From: Lachnospiraceae bacterium
GTDB taxonomy: Bacteria > Bacillota > Clostridia > Lachnospirales > Lachnospiraceae
Assembly (NCBI GenBank): GCA_017623295.1
Contig: JAGAPK010000047.1
Location: 23,456-87,455 of the forward strand
DNA length: 64,000 bases
Reading direction: 5' to 3'
The position numbers and the translations under genes were made by a program. The notes beneath the pieces were generated by a model that was given only the letters and a program-made list of their open reading frames with translations, ran no database searches and had not been told where the DNA came from. Within the stretch, counting starts at the first letter, position 1. Every line of letters begins with the position of its first letter. This document shows, in pieces, positions 10,366 to 20,999 of this stretch.

Positions 10366-13237
10366 GCATCTTTGGGAACATTTGAAAGAAAATATTTTCA
10401 ATATGGTAACTTCCAGACTGATTGTGCTTGTTCTGGTTCTTTTTGGCCTGGGTGGATATCTTATTTATACTATTTTTCAGTTACAGATTGTAAAGGGAGA
10501 AGAGTATGCCAATAATTTCCAGTTAAAAATAACAAAGGAACGTTCTATTTCTGCTACACGAGGGAATATTTACGATAAAAACGGTGTTCTTCTGGCATAC
10601 AATGAACTGGCTTATTCGGTTACGATTGAAGATGTTTATGAGTCTGGCCGTGATAAAAATGCCAAATTAAATAATACCATTTATCAGCTGGTTCAGATGA
10701 TTGAAAAAAATGGTGACAGCATTATCAATGATTTTAATATTGTACTGGATAGCAACAACAATTATCAGTATAACCTGGAAGGAACACAGTTATTACGTTT
10801 CCTTGCTGATGTTTATGGTTATCTGACTATTGATGAGTTAAAAGAAAAAGAAAAAAATGCTACCCCGGATGATGTCATAAAATATTTATGTAGTACATCA
10901 CGTTACGGAATTGGCGGTTATACTGATGAAAATGACAGAGACACTTTTCAGGAGGGATTAGGTTATACCAAAGAAGAAGTGTTAAAAATACTGACAATTC
11001 GGTATGCCATGAGTGCAAATAGTTATCAGAAATATATTGCAACCACTGTTGCAAACAATGTTTCCGAAGAAACCGTTGCTGTTGTCATGGAAAATTCTGA
11101 TGTACTGGAAGGCGTGTCTATTTCGGAAGGCACGATTCGAAAATACAATGATAGTGTTTATTTTGCGCAGATACTTGGTTACACCGGCAAGGTGTCTAAC
11201 GAAGAATTGCAGACTTTGCAGGAGGAAAACCCAAGTTATGATTTGAACGATACCGTCGGCAAATCCGGTATTGAATCTTCTATGGAAACGGAGTTGCAGG
11301 GAACGAAGGGTTCCGAAACAGTTTATGTTGATAACCTTGGAAAAGTAATTGAAACAAGCGACAGGGTAGAAGCGATTGCCGGAAATGATATCTATCTGAC
11401 AATTGATTCTGAATTGCAAAAAGCTGCTTATCACATTCTGGAATCCAAACTGGCAAGTATTTTGTTAGCGAAAATACAAAATATTAAGGAATACAATCCT
11501 CCGGAAAATTCCAGTGGGGATATTGCCATTCCGATTTATGATGTTTATTATGCATGTATCAATAACAACATTATTGATACGAGTCATTTTACTTCCGAAT
11601 ATGCAGGTGAAACAGAACAACTTGTCTATGAGAATTTTATTTCAAAAAAGGAACAGGTTTTTAACAGATTAAACGAAGAACTGACACAAACCTGTACACC
11701 ATATAACAAATTAACCAAAGAATATCAGGTTTATGAAAGCTTCATTGCTTCCATGCTTTATGATAAAGGTATTCTGATGGAAGATGTGGTCGATAAAGAA
11801 GACGAAACCTATCTTGCATGGAGCAAAGAAGAGGTTATCAGTTTAAATGAATTTATAAATTATGCACTTGCCAAAAACTGGGTAGATGTTTCCAAATTGG
11901 AAATTGTATCGCAATATTCCGATTCTCAGGAAATCTATACACAGATCGTAGATTATATCTTCAAACAATTAGAAAACAATACTGATTTCGAGAAAAAGAT
12001 TTATCGTTACATGATTAATAATGACGAATTGACCGGAAGACAAATCTGTTCTTTGTTATTGGAGCAGAATATTGTGGAACTGGAAGAAGAGGAATATCGT
12101 CGTTTTATGAACGGTTCTGAAACCGCCTATGTTTTTATGCGGAATCGTATTGAAAATTTAGATATTACTCCGGCACAGCTGGCTTTGGACCCTTATTCCG
12201 GCTCCATTGTTATTACAGATGTAAATACCGGTGATGTTCTGGCTTTGGTTTCTTATCCAAGCTATGATAATAACAAAATGGCAAATGGCGTAGATGCTGC
12301 TTATTTTGCAAGCTTACGAAATGATTTATCTTATCCGCTTTTAAATCACGCTACCCAACAGAAAACTGCACCAGGATCTACTTTTAAAATGGTTTCCGCA
12401 ACTGCCGGTCTGATGGAAAATGTTATTTCTACAACGGATACTATTACTTGTGTAGGTATATTTGATAAAATTTCACCGGAAGCACGATGCTGGATATATT
12501 CCAGTCGTGGAGCACATGGTTCTTTGAATGTGTCTGGTGGTATTCAGCACTCCTGTAACTGGTTTTTTTATGAAGTTGGTTACAGACTTGGTATTGTAGG
12601 TGATTCCTATAATAGCGAAGTGGCATTAAATAAACTTGCCAAATATGCGGATATGTATGGTTTGTCAGAAACCTCCGGCGTAGAAATCGAAGAATACTCT
12701 CCGGAAATTTCAGATACAGATGCCGTTCGTTCTGCAATCGGTCAGGGTACAAATAACTATACAACTGTCGGACTTGCGCGATATGTTACTACTGTTGCAA
12801 ACAGCGGAACATGCTATAATTTAACATTAATAGATAAAATAACCGATCACAACGGAACTTTAATCGAAGATAATCGTGCAGAAGTCCGTAATGAAATTGA
12901 TATGGATTCTTCTTATTGGAAGGCTATCCATCTTGGTATGCGCAAAGTGGTCGAAGGAAAAGCCTATTTTTCTAATCTCGGTGTAAATGTAGCCGGTAAA
13001 ACAGGTACTGCACAGGAAAACAAAAAACGTCCTAACCATGCTTTGTTTGTCAGCTATGCACCATATGAAGACCCGGAAATCAGCGTGGTAGTCCGTGTTG
13101 CTAACGGATATACTTCAGACTATGCTGCACAGATTGCCAAAGAAGTTTACAAATACTACTATGGACTGGCAGAAGAAGATGAAATTATTACCGGTACAGC
13201 AGGCACTTTGGAAGGCGGTACGGTAAATGGCGATTAA
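10358..13237 (+). CDS. mrdA: class B penicillin-binding protein 2
   Basis: TM, RGNIYDKNG, GKSGIE; transpeptidase motifs STFK, SCN, KTGT. Confidence 0.92.
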   Translation: MFEHLWEHLKENIFNMVTSRLIVLVLVLFGLGGYLIYTIFQLQIVKGEEYANNFQLKITKERSISATRGNIYDKNGVLLAYNELAYSVTIEDVYESGRDKNAKLNNTIYQLVQMIEKNGDSIINDFNIVLDSNNNYQYNLEGTQLLRFLADVYGYLTIDELKEKEKNATPDDVIKYLCSTSRYGIGGYTDENDRDTFQEGLGYTKEEVLKILTIRYAMSANSYQKYIATTVANNVSEETVAVVMENSDVLEGVSISEGTIRKYNDSVYFAQILGYTGKVSNEELQTLQEENPSYDLNDTVGKSGIESSMETELQGTKGSETVYVDNLGKVIETSDRVEAIAGNDIYLTIDSELQKAAYHILESKLASILLAKIQNIKEYNPPENSSGDIAIPIYDVYYACINNNIIDTSHFTSEYAGETEQLVYENFISKKEQVFNRLNEELTQTCTPYNKLTKEYQVYESFIASMLYDKGILMEDVVDKEDETYLAWSKEEVISLNEFINYALAKNWVDVSKLEIVSQYSDSQEIYTQIVDYIFKQLENNTDFEKKIYRYMINNDELTGRQICSLLLEQNIVELEEEEYRRFMNGSETAYVFMRNRIENLDITPAQLALDPYSGSIVITDVNTGDVLALVSYPSYDNNKMANGVDAAYFASLRNDLSYPLLNHATQQKTAPGSTFKMVSATAGLMENVISTTDTITCVGIFDKISPEARCWIYSSRGAHGSLNVSGGIQHSCNWFFYEVGYRLGIVGDSYNSEVALNKLAKYADMYGLSETSGVEIEEYSPEISDTDAVRSAIGQGTNNYTTVGLARYVTTVANSGTCYNLTLIDKITDHNGTLIEDNRAEVRNEIDMDSSYWKAIHLGMRKVVEGKAYFSNLGVNVAGKTGTAQENKKRPNHALFVSYAPYEDPEISVVVRVANGYTSDYAAQIAKEVYKYYYGLAEEDEIITGTAGTLEGGTVNGD

Positions 13238-13283
13238 GCATATATAAATGTTCCCACAGGATAAGAGAGGATAGAGAATTGTC

Positions 13284-13964
13284 ATGAAAAATCCAGTTAT
13301 TATTAAAAGTTTTCCAAATGGTTTATCCCTTTTCTTAGATGAAGAAATTGCTTTCGATAAACTGCTCGAAGAAGTTGCGGTCAAATTCAAAGAATCCGCT
13401 CATTTCTTCAAGGATGCCAAAATGGGACTGTCTTTTGAAGGCAGAAAATTAACAGAAGAAGAGGAACGTAAAATTATCGATACCATAACTGCAAACTCTT
13501 CTCTTAATATTGTATGCGTAATTGGTAAAGATGATGAAACCAATCAGAATTATGTTCGTGCTTTGAAGCAGCTCGCTTTCCATCAGCAGGAAATGGAGAA
13601 TGCCGGACAATTTTATAAAGGTGTTCTGAAAGATGGACAAATTCTGGAAACAGAAAACAGCATTATTGTTCTTGGCGATGTATATCCGGGTGCCTGCATT
13701 ATTTCCAATAAAGATATTGTTATCTTAGGCGGCTTATATGGACAGGCATACGCCGGAGGCAATGGAATGGAAGGTCATTTTGTTGTTGCGCTTGAAATGT
13801 CACCAGAAAAATTAAAAATAGGTGAATTCAAATATAAAACTTCAGAGAAACAAAGCAAATGGTCTATTAAACCAAAGGTTCAACCGAAAATTGCTTATGT
13901 AAAAGACGGTCGTGTTATGATGGAAACCATTACCAAAGAATTACTGAATGATTTGCCTGTATAA
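13284..13964 (+). CDS. minC: septum site-determining protein MinC
   Basis: C-terminal beta-helix (GQILE..IIVLGDV.PGA...G.AYAG); precedes minD. Confidence 0.9.
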   Translation: MKNPVIIKSFPNGLSLFLDEEIAFDKLLEEVAVKFKESAHFFKDAKMGLSFEGRKLTEEEERKIIDTITANSSLNIVCVIGKDDETNQNYVRALKQLAFHQQEMENAGQFYKGVLKDGQILETENSIIVLGDVYPGACIISNKDIVILGGLYGQAYAGGNGMEGHFVVALEMSPEKLKIGEFKYKTSEKQSKWSIKPKVQPKIAYVKDGRVMMETITKELLNDLPV

Positions 13965-14009
13965 CAGCACATTCAGGGGACGATAACGATTCATTTTGGA
14001 GGACTAAGT

Positions 14010-14801
14010 ATGGGTGAAGTAATTGTCGTCACATCAGGTAAAGGCGGAGTAGGGAAGACCACTACTACCGCAAACGTTGGTACAGGTCTTGCAGCTATGG
14101 GTAAAAAGGTTATCTTAATCGATACCGATATCGGGCTCCGTAATCTGGATGTTGTTATGGGACTTGAAAGCCGGATTGTCTATAATCTGGTTGACGTGGT
14201 AGAAGGGAACTGCCGTATTAAACAGGCACTTGTCCGAGATAAAAGATATCCGACTTTATTTCTTCTGCCATCTGCGCAGACAAGAGATAAGAGCGCAGTA
14301 AACCCGGCACAAATGGTAAAAATGATTAACCACTTAAGAGATCAGTTTGATTACATTATTCTGGATTGTCCCGCTGGTATTGAACAGGGATTCCAGAACG
14401 CGATTGCCGGTGCGGACAGGGCATTAGTTGTTACAACACCGGAAGTTTCTGCTATCCGCGATGCAGATCGTATTATTGGCTTATTGGAAGCCAACGAAAT
14501 GCAGAAAATTGATTTAATTATTAACCGAATCCGTTACGATATGATTAAGCGAGGAGACATGATGTCTTCCGATGATGTAGTGGATATTCTTTCCATTCCA
14601 CTACTTGGTTTAGTACCGGATGATGAAAATGTCGTCATTGCAACGAATCAGGGCGAACCTTTAGTAGGAAGCAATACTCTTGCCGGACAGGCATACCAGA
14701 ATATTTGTTACAGAGTAAATGGAAAAGATGTTCCTTTTCTGGATTTTGAGAGAGGAATTTCTTTCTGGACAAAGATATCCGGTATTTTCCATCGGAGTTA
14801 G
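14010..14801 (+). CDS. minD: septum site-determining ATPase MinD
   Basis: SGKGGVGKTT, DIGLRNLD, DCPAGIE, C-terminal amphipathic helix. Confidence 0.97.
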   Translation: MGEVIVVTSGKGGVGKTTTTANVGTGLAAMGKKVILIDTDIGLRNLDVVMGLESRIVYNLVDVVEGNCRIKQALVRDKRYPTLFLLPSAQTRDKSAVNPAQMVKMINHLRDQFDYIILDCPAGIEQGFQNAIAGADRALVVTTPEVSAIRDADRIIGLLEANEMQKIDLIINRIRYDMIKRGDMMSSDDVVDILSIPLLGLVPDDENVVIATNQGEPLVGSNTLAGQAYQNICYRVNGKDVPFLDFERGISFWTKISGIFHRS

Positions 14802-14813
14802 GAGGTAAGGGAA

Positions 14814-15077
14814 TTGTTTAAGAATATTTTAAAAAGAAAAAGTTCCAGAGAAATTGCAAAAGACAGATTAAAAATATTACTGATTTCCGATCGGGTAAAC
14901 TGTTCCCCCGAAATGATGGAAATGATTAAAAATGATATTGCAAAAGTCATTTCAAAGTACATGAAAATTGATACCAAAAGTATGGAAATCCAGATTACCA
15001 AAACCGGAAGTAAAGGAAGGAATATGAAAAATCCTACTTTATACGCAAATATCCCGATTTTGGATTTGAAACAATAA
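14814..15077 (+). CDS. minE: cell division topological specificity factor MinE
   Basis: AKDRLKILLISDR, VISKY, LYANIPI. Confidence 0.95.
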   Translation: MFKNILKRKSSREIAKDRLKILLISDRVNCSPEMMEMIKNDIAKVISKYMKIDTKSMEIQITKTGSKGRNMKNPTLYANIPILDLKQ

Positions 15078-15120
15078 ACGGTTTAAGAAATGAATACACC
15101 AGAAAGGAGAAGGACTCAAA

Positions 15121-16224
15121 ATGATAAAACATTATCGAATCAGAGATTACGATTTTAAACTGATTCTTCTTGTAATTGCACTTACTGTTATTGGTATTCT
15201 TGCAATTGGAAGTGCAAAAGAGTCCTTGCAGACCAGACAGATTGCAGGATTTGTTTTCGGTCTCTTTCTGATGATGGTTATTTCTCTTTTTGATTATACT
15301 GTAATTTTACGATTTTACTGGGTATTGTATGCAATCAATATTATTTTACTGATACTTGTTGAACGAATGGGTGTAGATGCCGGTGGTGCACAGCGGTGGC
15401 TTAATATCTTTGGTATTCAGTTCCAGCCATCGGAAACAGCGAAAATTTTGCTAACCTTGTTTTTTGCACAATTGATTATGTTGCATCAGGATGAAATGGA
15501 TTCCATTCGTTTTATTCTCTTATGTGTAGTGTTATTTATTTTTCCGTTGCTTTTAATTTATAATCAGCCGGATATGTCAACAAGTATTATGGTTATTATT
15601 TTATTTTGTGTTATAATGTTCGTAGGGGGAATAAGCTGGAAATATATTATTACGGTATTAGCCGTTGCAATTCCGACCTTTATCATAGCACTGATGCTTG
15701 TTTTGCAACCGGACCAACAGATTATTGAAACCTATCAGCAGACAAGAATTCTAGCCTGGCTACATCCGGAAGAGTATGCCAATGCAGAAGCCTATCAGCA
15801 GTTAAATTCTCAGATGGCGATTGGCTCCGGACAGTTATATGGTAAGGGATATAATACAAACGAAATCAGTTCTGTCAAAAATGGTAACTTCATTTCTGAA
15901 CCACAAACCGACTTTATTTTTGCTGTCATTGGTGAAGAATTTGGATTTATTGGTGGCTGTGCTGTAATTGTATTATTGATTTTAATTGCATTTGAATGTA
16001 TTATGGTAGCTAAGAAGGCAAAAGATCTTGCCGGGTCGATTATAGCGTCAGGGGTGGCGGCTTTAATCGGTTTTCAGGGGATGATAAATATTTCGGTTGC
16101 TACCGGTGTTATTCCAAATACCGGAATTCCACTTCCTTTTGTCAGTTATGGACTTACTTCCTTGGTAAGTTTGTATATTGGTATAGGATTTGTACTAAAT
16201 GTACGGCTTCAATGTAAAAAATAG
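15121..16224 (+). CDS. rodA: SEDS family peptidoglycan polymerase RodA
   Basis: GAQRW, QPSE, QPD, TDFIF, GIPLPFVSYG. Confidence 0.92.
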   Translation: MIKHYRIRDYDFKLILLVIALTVIGILAIGSAKESLQTRQIAGFVFGLFLMMVISLFDYTVILRFYWVLYAINIILLILVERMGVDAGGAQRWLNIFGIQFQPSETAKILLTLFFAQLIMLHQDEMDSIRFILLCVVLFIFPLLLIYNQPDMSTSIMVIILFCVIMFVGGISWKYIITVLAVAIPTFIIALMLVLQPDQQIIETYQQTRILAWLHPEEYANAEAYQQLNSQMAIGSGQLYGKGYNTNEISSVKNGNFISEPQTDFIFAVIGEEFGFIGGCAVIVLLILIAFECIMVAKKAKDLAGSIIASGVAALIGFQGMINISVATGVIPNTGIPLPFVSYGLTSLVSLYIGIGFVLNVRLQCKK

Positions 16225-16264
16225 CATTATAAAAACATTATATAATAGAGAGGGGTCTATTATC

Positions 16265-16660
16265 ATGAACATTGCACTGATTGCACATGATGCAAAGAAA
16301 AAATTGATGCAGAATTTCTGTATCGCATATCGGGGAATTTTAAGCATAAATGATTTGTATGCAACAGGTACAACAGGACGGTTAATTGAAGAAGTAACCA
16401 ACTTATCCATTCACAAATATCTTGCAGGACATTTAGGCGGAGAGCAGCAGATTGCAGCACAGATTGAACACAATCAGATTGACCTTGTTATCTTTCTGCG
16501 TGATCCATTAAATCCAAAATCACATGAACCGGATGTCAATAATGTTATGAGACTTTGTGATATGTATAATATTCCATTGGCTACCAATTTAGCATCTGCG
16601 GAACTGTTAATCAAATCGCTCGATAGAGGAGATTTAGAGTGGCGTGAAATGTACAAATAA
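16265..16660 (+). CDS. mgsA: methylglyoxal synthase
   Basis: IALIAHDAKK, ATGTTG, HEPDV, IPLATN; start at ATG 16265. Confidence 0.96.
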   Translation: MNIALIAHDAKKKLMQNFCIAYRGILSINDLYATGTTGRLIEEVTNLSIHKYLAGHLGGEQQIAAQIEHNQIDLVIFLRDPLNPKSHEPDVNNVMRLCDMYNIPLATNLASAELLIKSLDRGDLEWREMYK

Positions 16661-17621
16661 GAGAATAACAGCTTGCTGTCTGATTCTGTCAGTTTTCTTT
16701 TCATTGACAGGCTGTGGCACATCTGATTATGCTATGCATTATGAAAATAATCAGCAGGTCAGCAGCTTTCAATTGGTACAAACCGACAATGCACAGACTG
16801 CCGAACCTTTTGCTGCTGATTTGTGTGTTGTGGACAGTAATGTATCCAATCCGGATATTACTATTTCAGATGTAAGCGCAGCGGGACTGTTTGATTTAAA
16901 TGAATTGAATACTTTATATGCTGAGAATGTGAACAAGCAGGTTCATCCGGCAAGTCTGACTAAAATTATGACAGCACTTGTTGCACTGAAATACGGTTCA
17001 ACCGATCAGATATTAACAGCATCTGAGAATGTTATTATTACCGAATCAGGCGCACAGTTATGCGGATTAAAACCGGGCGACACCATGACGCTTGGTCAGG
17101 CATTACATATTTTGCTTATTTATTCTGCAAATGATGTTGCTATTTTGATTGCCGAAGGCGTTGGTGGTTCCGTAGAAGGCTTTGTAGAAATGATGAACGA
17201 AGAAGCTCAGACAATAGGAGCCACAAATTGTCATTTTGTAAACCCAAATGGTCTGACAGAAGATGAACACTATGTAACTGCTTATGATTTATATCTGATT
17301 TTTCAGGAAGCATTACAATATGACTTGTTTAATGAAATTATCCAGATGGCATCATACAGCACTACCTATACCAATAGTGATGGCGAAGAGAAATCCCTTG
17401 AAATTGAAACAACGAATCAATTTATAAAAGGGAATTATACTGCTCCGGACAACGTTACCATTATTGGCGGCAAAACAGGTACGACAAATGCTGCCGGACA
17501 TTGTTTGATACTTTTGTCCAGAAACAATAGCGGTAATCCGTATATTTCTATTATCATGAATTCGAATACAACAGATGATTTGTATGAACAAATGTCAGAA
17601 TTGTTAAAAGCTGTACAATAA
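16644..17621 (+). CDS. D-alanyl-D-alanine carboxypeptidase (peptidase S11), probable lipoprotein
   Basis: lipobox LTGC; PASLTKIMT, SAND, GGKTG. Confidence 0.92.
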   Translation: MKCTNKRITACCLILSVFFSLTGCGTSDYAMHYENNQQVSSFQLVQTDNAQTAEPFAADLCVVDSNVSNPDITISDVSAAGLFDLNELNTLYAENVNKQVHPASLTKIMTALVALKYGSTDQILTASENVIITESGAQLCGLKPGDTMTLGQALHILLIYSANDVAILIAEGVGGSVEGFVEMMNEEAQTIGATNCHFVNPNGLTEDEHYVTAYDLYLIFQEALQYDLFNEIIQMASYSTTYTNSDGEEKSLEIETTNQFIKGNYTAPDNVTIIGGKTGTTNAAGHCLILLSRNNSGNPYISIIMNSNTTDDLYEQMSELLKAVQ

Positions 17622-17728
17622 GTTACTTTTTTAGTTGTATTTTTGTGAATTTTCACTTATAATGGTTAATAGTAAAAGCAGTATTGTATAAAATATATAA
17701 AATTATTTTACTTTAGGAGGGTTTACAT

Positions 17729-18148
17729 ATGGTTCAATTAATCGTAGGCAAAAAAGGTAAAGGCAAAACAAAACAGTTATTGGATAAAGTAAATACAGAA
17801 GTAAAAGATGTTGCCGGAACAGTTGTATATCTTGATAAAAGTACCAAGCATATGTTTGAACTGAATAACAAAATCAGATTAATCAATGTTTCCGATTATA
17901 TGGTATCAAATAGTGATGAATTCCTTGGTTTTATTTGTGGTATTATTTCCCAGGATCATGACTTACAGCAGATGTATTTTGACAGCTTTTTGAGTATTGC
18001 ATGTCTGGAAGGCAAAGACATCAGCAGTGTTATTGATAAATTAGAAGCTATCAGTGCCCAGTTTAAAGTTGATTTTGTATTAAGTGTATCTCTGGATGAG
18101 AACGAGTTACCAGAAACTACAAAATCCAAAGTAATTGTATCTTTATAA
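17729..18148 (+). CDS. conserved clostridial small P-loop-like protein of unknown function
   Basis: GKKGKGKT at N-terminus; strong AGGAGG RBS; own terminator. Confidence 0.7.
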   Translation: MVQLIVGKKGKGKTKQLLDKVNTEVKDVAGTVVYLDKSTKHMFELNNKIRLINVSDYMVSNSDEFLGFICGIISQDHDLQQMYFDSFLSIACLEGKDISSVIDKLEAISAQFKVDFVLSVSLDENELPETTKSKVIVSL

Positions 18149-18175
18149 TTGACTTACATTGTAATTTAGAATTCC

Positions 18176-18206
18176 ATAAAAACCTCGGAATATCCGGGGT
18201 TTTTAT
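18176..18206 (+). terminator. intrinsic terminator
   Basis: ATAAAAACCTCGGA-ata-TCCGGGGTTTTTAT. Confidence 0.8.
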
Positions 18207-18240
18207 CATGTTAATGGATAGCATTAAAGGAGATTGTATT

Positions 18241-19635
18241 TTGGCAGGAACACGAAACAATATAACAAAATATAGAAAGCCTATTAATCTGAATATTGGC
18301 ATGGTTATTTTTGCTGTGATTTTTATTTATGTTGTGGTCTGTGTCATCATGTACCTTTCCACAGACCATGTTGTTGGTTATGAAGTAAAAGAAGGCTCAC
18401 TATCTTCGAATAATATTTATAAAGGGATTGCCCTGCGTGATGAAGAAATTGTCAACAGTAGCAGTGCCGGTTATGTAAATTATTATGCCAGAGAAGGAGA
18501 ACGTACCGCCGTTGGTAATCTTATTTATACGGTCGATGAAACCGGTAAATTATCCGACTATATCCAAACAAGTGAAACCGGTGAAAATTCTCTTTCCGAA
18601 GAAGATTTATATTCTTTGAAAACAGAGATATCCGCATTTGCAAATGGCTTTGACAGAACAAATTTCTCGGATATATATAATTTCAAATACAATATACAAG
18701 GTACAGTAATTAAACTTGCTAATTACAATGTTCTGGAAAATGCCAATGCCCTGAATGAAGCCTCCAATTCTGCTTTAATTGACTATTATTATGCGACGGA
18801 CAGTGGTATTGTTATTTATTCAATCGATGGTTATGAAAATCTGAAACTGCAGAACATGACTGCAGAGCATTTCGACCAACAAAATTATGAAAAAACACAT
18901 CTGGTAAACAACGAACTTGTAGCTATGAATGATCCGGTCTATAAATTATCAACAAATGAGGACTGGTCAATTGTGATACAGGTCGATAAAGAATTAGCAG
19001 AGCAATTAGTCGAAGAAGAATATGTAGAAGTGAAATTTTTGAAAAATCAATATACATCTTGGGGTTCTGTTGAAGCATTTACGAACGAAGCCGGAGATAC
19101 ATTTGTTTCGCTTTCTTTTACAAATTCTATGATAACCTTCTGTACAGAACGATTTATTGATATTGAACTAATGCTGGAAGATAAAACCGGACTTAAAATT
19201 CCCAATTCTTCCATTGTTGAAAAAGAGTTCTTCATTGTTCCAAAAGAATACGTTACCCAAGGTGGCAGCAATGGGAATACCGGTGTTCTTCTGGAAACCT
19301 ATGATGATGAAGGCAATACAACAACAGAATTTGTTGAAACAACCATTTATGAAGAAACAGATACAGAATATTATCTGGATGACACAGTACTTCGAAGCGG
19401 TAGTTATCTAATTAAACCGGATTCAGCAGAAAAGTATGCCGTTAGTAAGACAGGCTCTCTTATCGGAGTATATAACATTAACAAAGGTTATGCTGATTTT
19501 AAACAGATTATTATTTTATACCAGAATGATGAGTATTCCATTGTAAAATCTAATACAAATTACGGTTTAAATGTTTATGATTATATTGTTCTGGATGCCT
19601 CTACCGTAGCGGATAATGAATTTATTTATGAATAA
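18241..19635 (+). CDS. membrane-anchored protein with HlyD/membrane-fusion-like barrel-sandwich region
   Basis: N-terminal TM; SAGYVNYY.REGER and SGIVIY.IDGYE segments; TTG start after AAGGAG. Confidence 0.65.
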   Translation: MAGTRNNITKYRKPINLNIGMVIFAVIFIYVVVCVIMYLSTDHVVGYEVKEGSLSSNNIYKGIALRDEEIVNSSSAGYVNYYAREGERTAVGNLIYTVDETGKLSDYIQTSETGENSLSEEDLYSLKTEISAFANGFDRTNFSDIYNFKYNIQGTVIKLANYNVLENANALNEASNSALIDYYYATDSGIVIYSIDGYENLKLQNMTAEHFDQQNYEKTHLVNNELVAMNDPVYKLSTNEDWSIVIQVDKELAEQLVEEEYVEVKFLKNQYTSWGSVEAFTNEAGDTFVSLSFTNSMITFCTERFIDIELMLEDKTGLKIPNSSIVEKEFFIVPKEYVTQGGSNGNTGVLLETYDDEGNTTTEFVETTIYEETDTEYYLDDTVLRSGSYLIKPDSAEKYAVSKTGSLIGVYNINKGYADFKQIIILYQNDEYSIVKSNTNYGLNVYDYIVLDASTVADNEFIYE

Positions 19636-19659
19636 TTTTGAAGAGGAGCATTTTGGTAC

Positions 19660-20373
19660 ATGATACAGGAAAACATCAAATTGGTAGAAGAGAAAATTGA
19701 TGCAGCGTGTGCAAAAAGTGGTCGTGACAGAGAGGATGTTACTTTAATTGCTGTCAGCAAAACAAAACCGCTTCCAATGCTGCAGGAAGCTTACGCAGCC
19801 GGTTGCCGTGATTTTGGGGAAAACAAAGTACAGGAGCTGGTAGATAAATACGAACAAATGCCAAAAGATATCAGATGGCATATGATTGGTCATCTGCAGC
19901 GTAATAAAGTGAAATATATTGTCGATAAGGTTTACTTGATTCATAGTGTTGATTCCTTACGTTTAGCAGAAGAAATCAGTAAAGAAGCCGTCAAGAAAAG
20001 CGTTACCGTTTCTATTCTGATTGAAGTAAATGTTGCCGAAGAAGAAACAAAATTTGGTACAACTTGTGAAGATGTCACTCAATTAGTGGAAGGAATCGCA
20101 AAACTGCCAAATATACAGGTAAAAGGTCTTATGACAATAGCACCATATGTAGAAAATCCAGAAGAAAACAGACAATATTTTGAAAAATTACGGCAAATAT
20201 ATGTTGACATAATTCGAAAAAACATTGATAATATTTCTATGGATGTGCTTTCTATGGGTATGACCGGCGACTATGAAGTAGCTGTTACCGAAGGCGCAAC
20301 ATATGTCAGAGTCGGCACAGGTATTTTCGGAGAACGACAATATGCTACCGACAGGATGGAGGATTTATCATGA
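19660..20373 (+). CDS. yggS: PLP homeostasis protein YggS/YlmE
   Basis: LIAVSKT, FGENKVQE, HMIGHLQRNK, LSMGMTGDY, VRVGTGIFG. Confidence 0.96.
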   Translation: MIQENIKLVEEKIDAACAKSGRDREDVTLIAVSKTKPLPMLQEAYAAGCRDFGENKVQELVDKYEQMPKDIRWHMIGHLQRNKVKYIVDKVYLIHSVDSLRLAEEISKEAVKKSVTVSILIEVNVAEEETKFGTTCEDVTQLVEGIAKLPNIQVKGLMTIAPYVENPEENRQYFEKLRQIYVDIIRKNIDNISMDVLSMGMTGDYEVAVTEGATYVRVGTGIFGERQYATDRMEDLS

Positions 20374-20870
20374 GCGTAATGGATAAGTTTTTAAATGCAA
20401 TGAAGTTAAATGATGAGGAAGATGATGGTTTCTACGATGACGATTACTATGATGATGAGCCGGAACCAATAAAGAAACCTCTTCCTGTTAAAGAAGATAC
20501 ATTGGTTGAAGAAGATAAAACAGTAAAGAAAGTAACACCGAAGGTTACTCCGATGCGTCAGACAAAGAAGATGCCGGGTACCGGTATGGAAGTTTGTGTT
20601 ATTAAACCAACGACTGTTGAAGATGCCAGAGAAATTACAGAAACATTACTGGCAAATAGAACCGTTGTATTGAATCTGGAAGGTTTGGATGTAGATATTG
20701 CTCAAAGAATTATCGATTTTACTTCTGGTTCCTGCTTTGCAATCAGTGGAAATCTACAGAAAATATCTCATTACATATTTATCATCACTCCTGCAAGTGT
20801 TGATATTTCCGGTGATTTTCAGGAAATTTTATCCGGTTCTTTTGATGTTCCGATTAATAATGGAATTTAA
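20370..20870 (+). CDS. sepF: cell division protein SepF
   Basis: acidic N-terminus; VVLNL, AQRIIDF.SG, IFIITP. Confidence 0.94.
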   Translation: MSVMDKFLNAMKLNDEEDDGFYDDDYYDDEPEPIKKPLPVKEDTLVEEDKTVKKVTPKVTPMRQTKKMPGTGMEVCVIKPTTVEDAREITETLLANRTVVLNLEGLDVDIAQRIIDFTSGSCFAISGNLQKISHYIFIITPASVDISGDFQEILSGSFDVPINNGI

Positions 20871-20879
20871 CTGTAGAAG

Positions 20880-20914
20880 AAACTTCCTGTCTGACTTGTC
20901 AGGAAGTTTTTTAT
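20880..20914 (+). terminator. intrinsic terminator
   Basis: AAACTTCCTG-N10-CAGGAAGTTT followed by T tract. Confidence 0.8.
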
Positions 20915-20999
20915 TGCTTTCTTTTTGCAGTATAATCAATAAAAACCAATATTTATATTATACATGATAACAATATTTAGAAAAGGAATACAAACGAAT

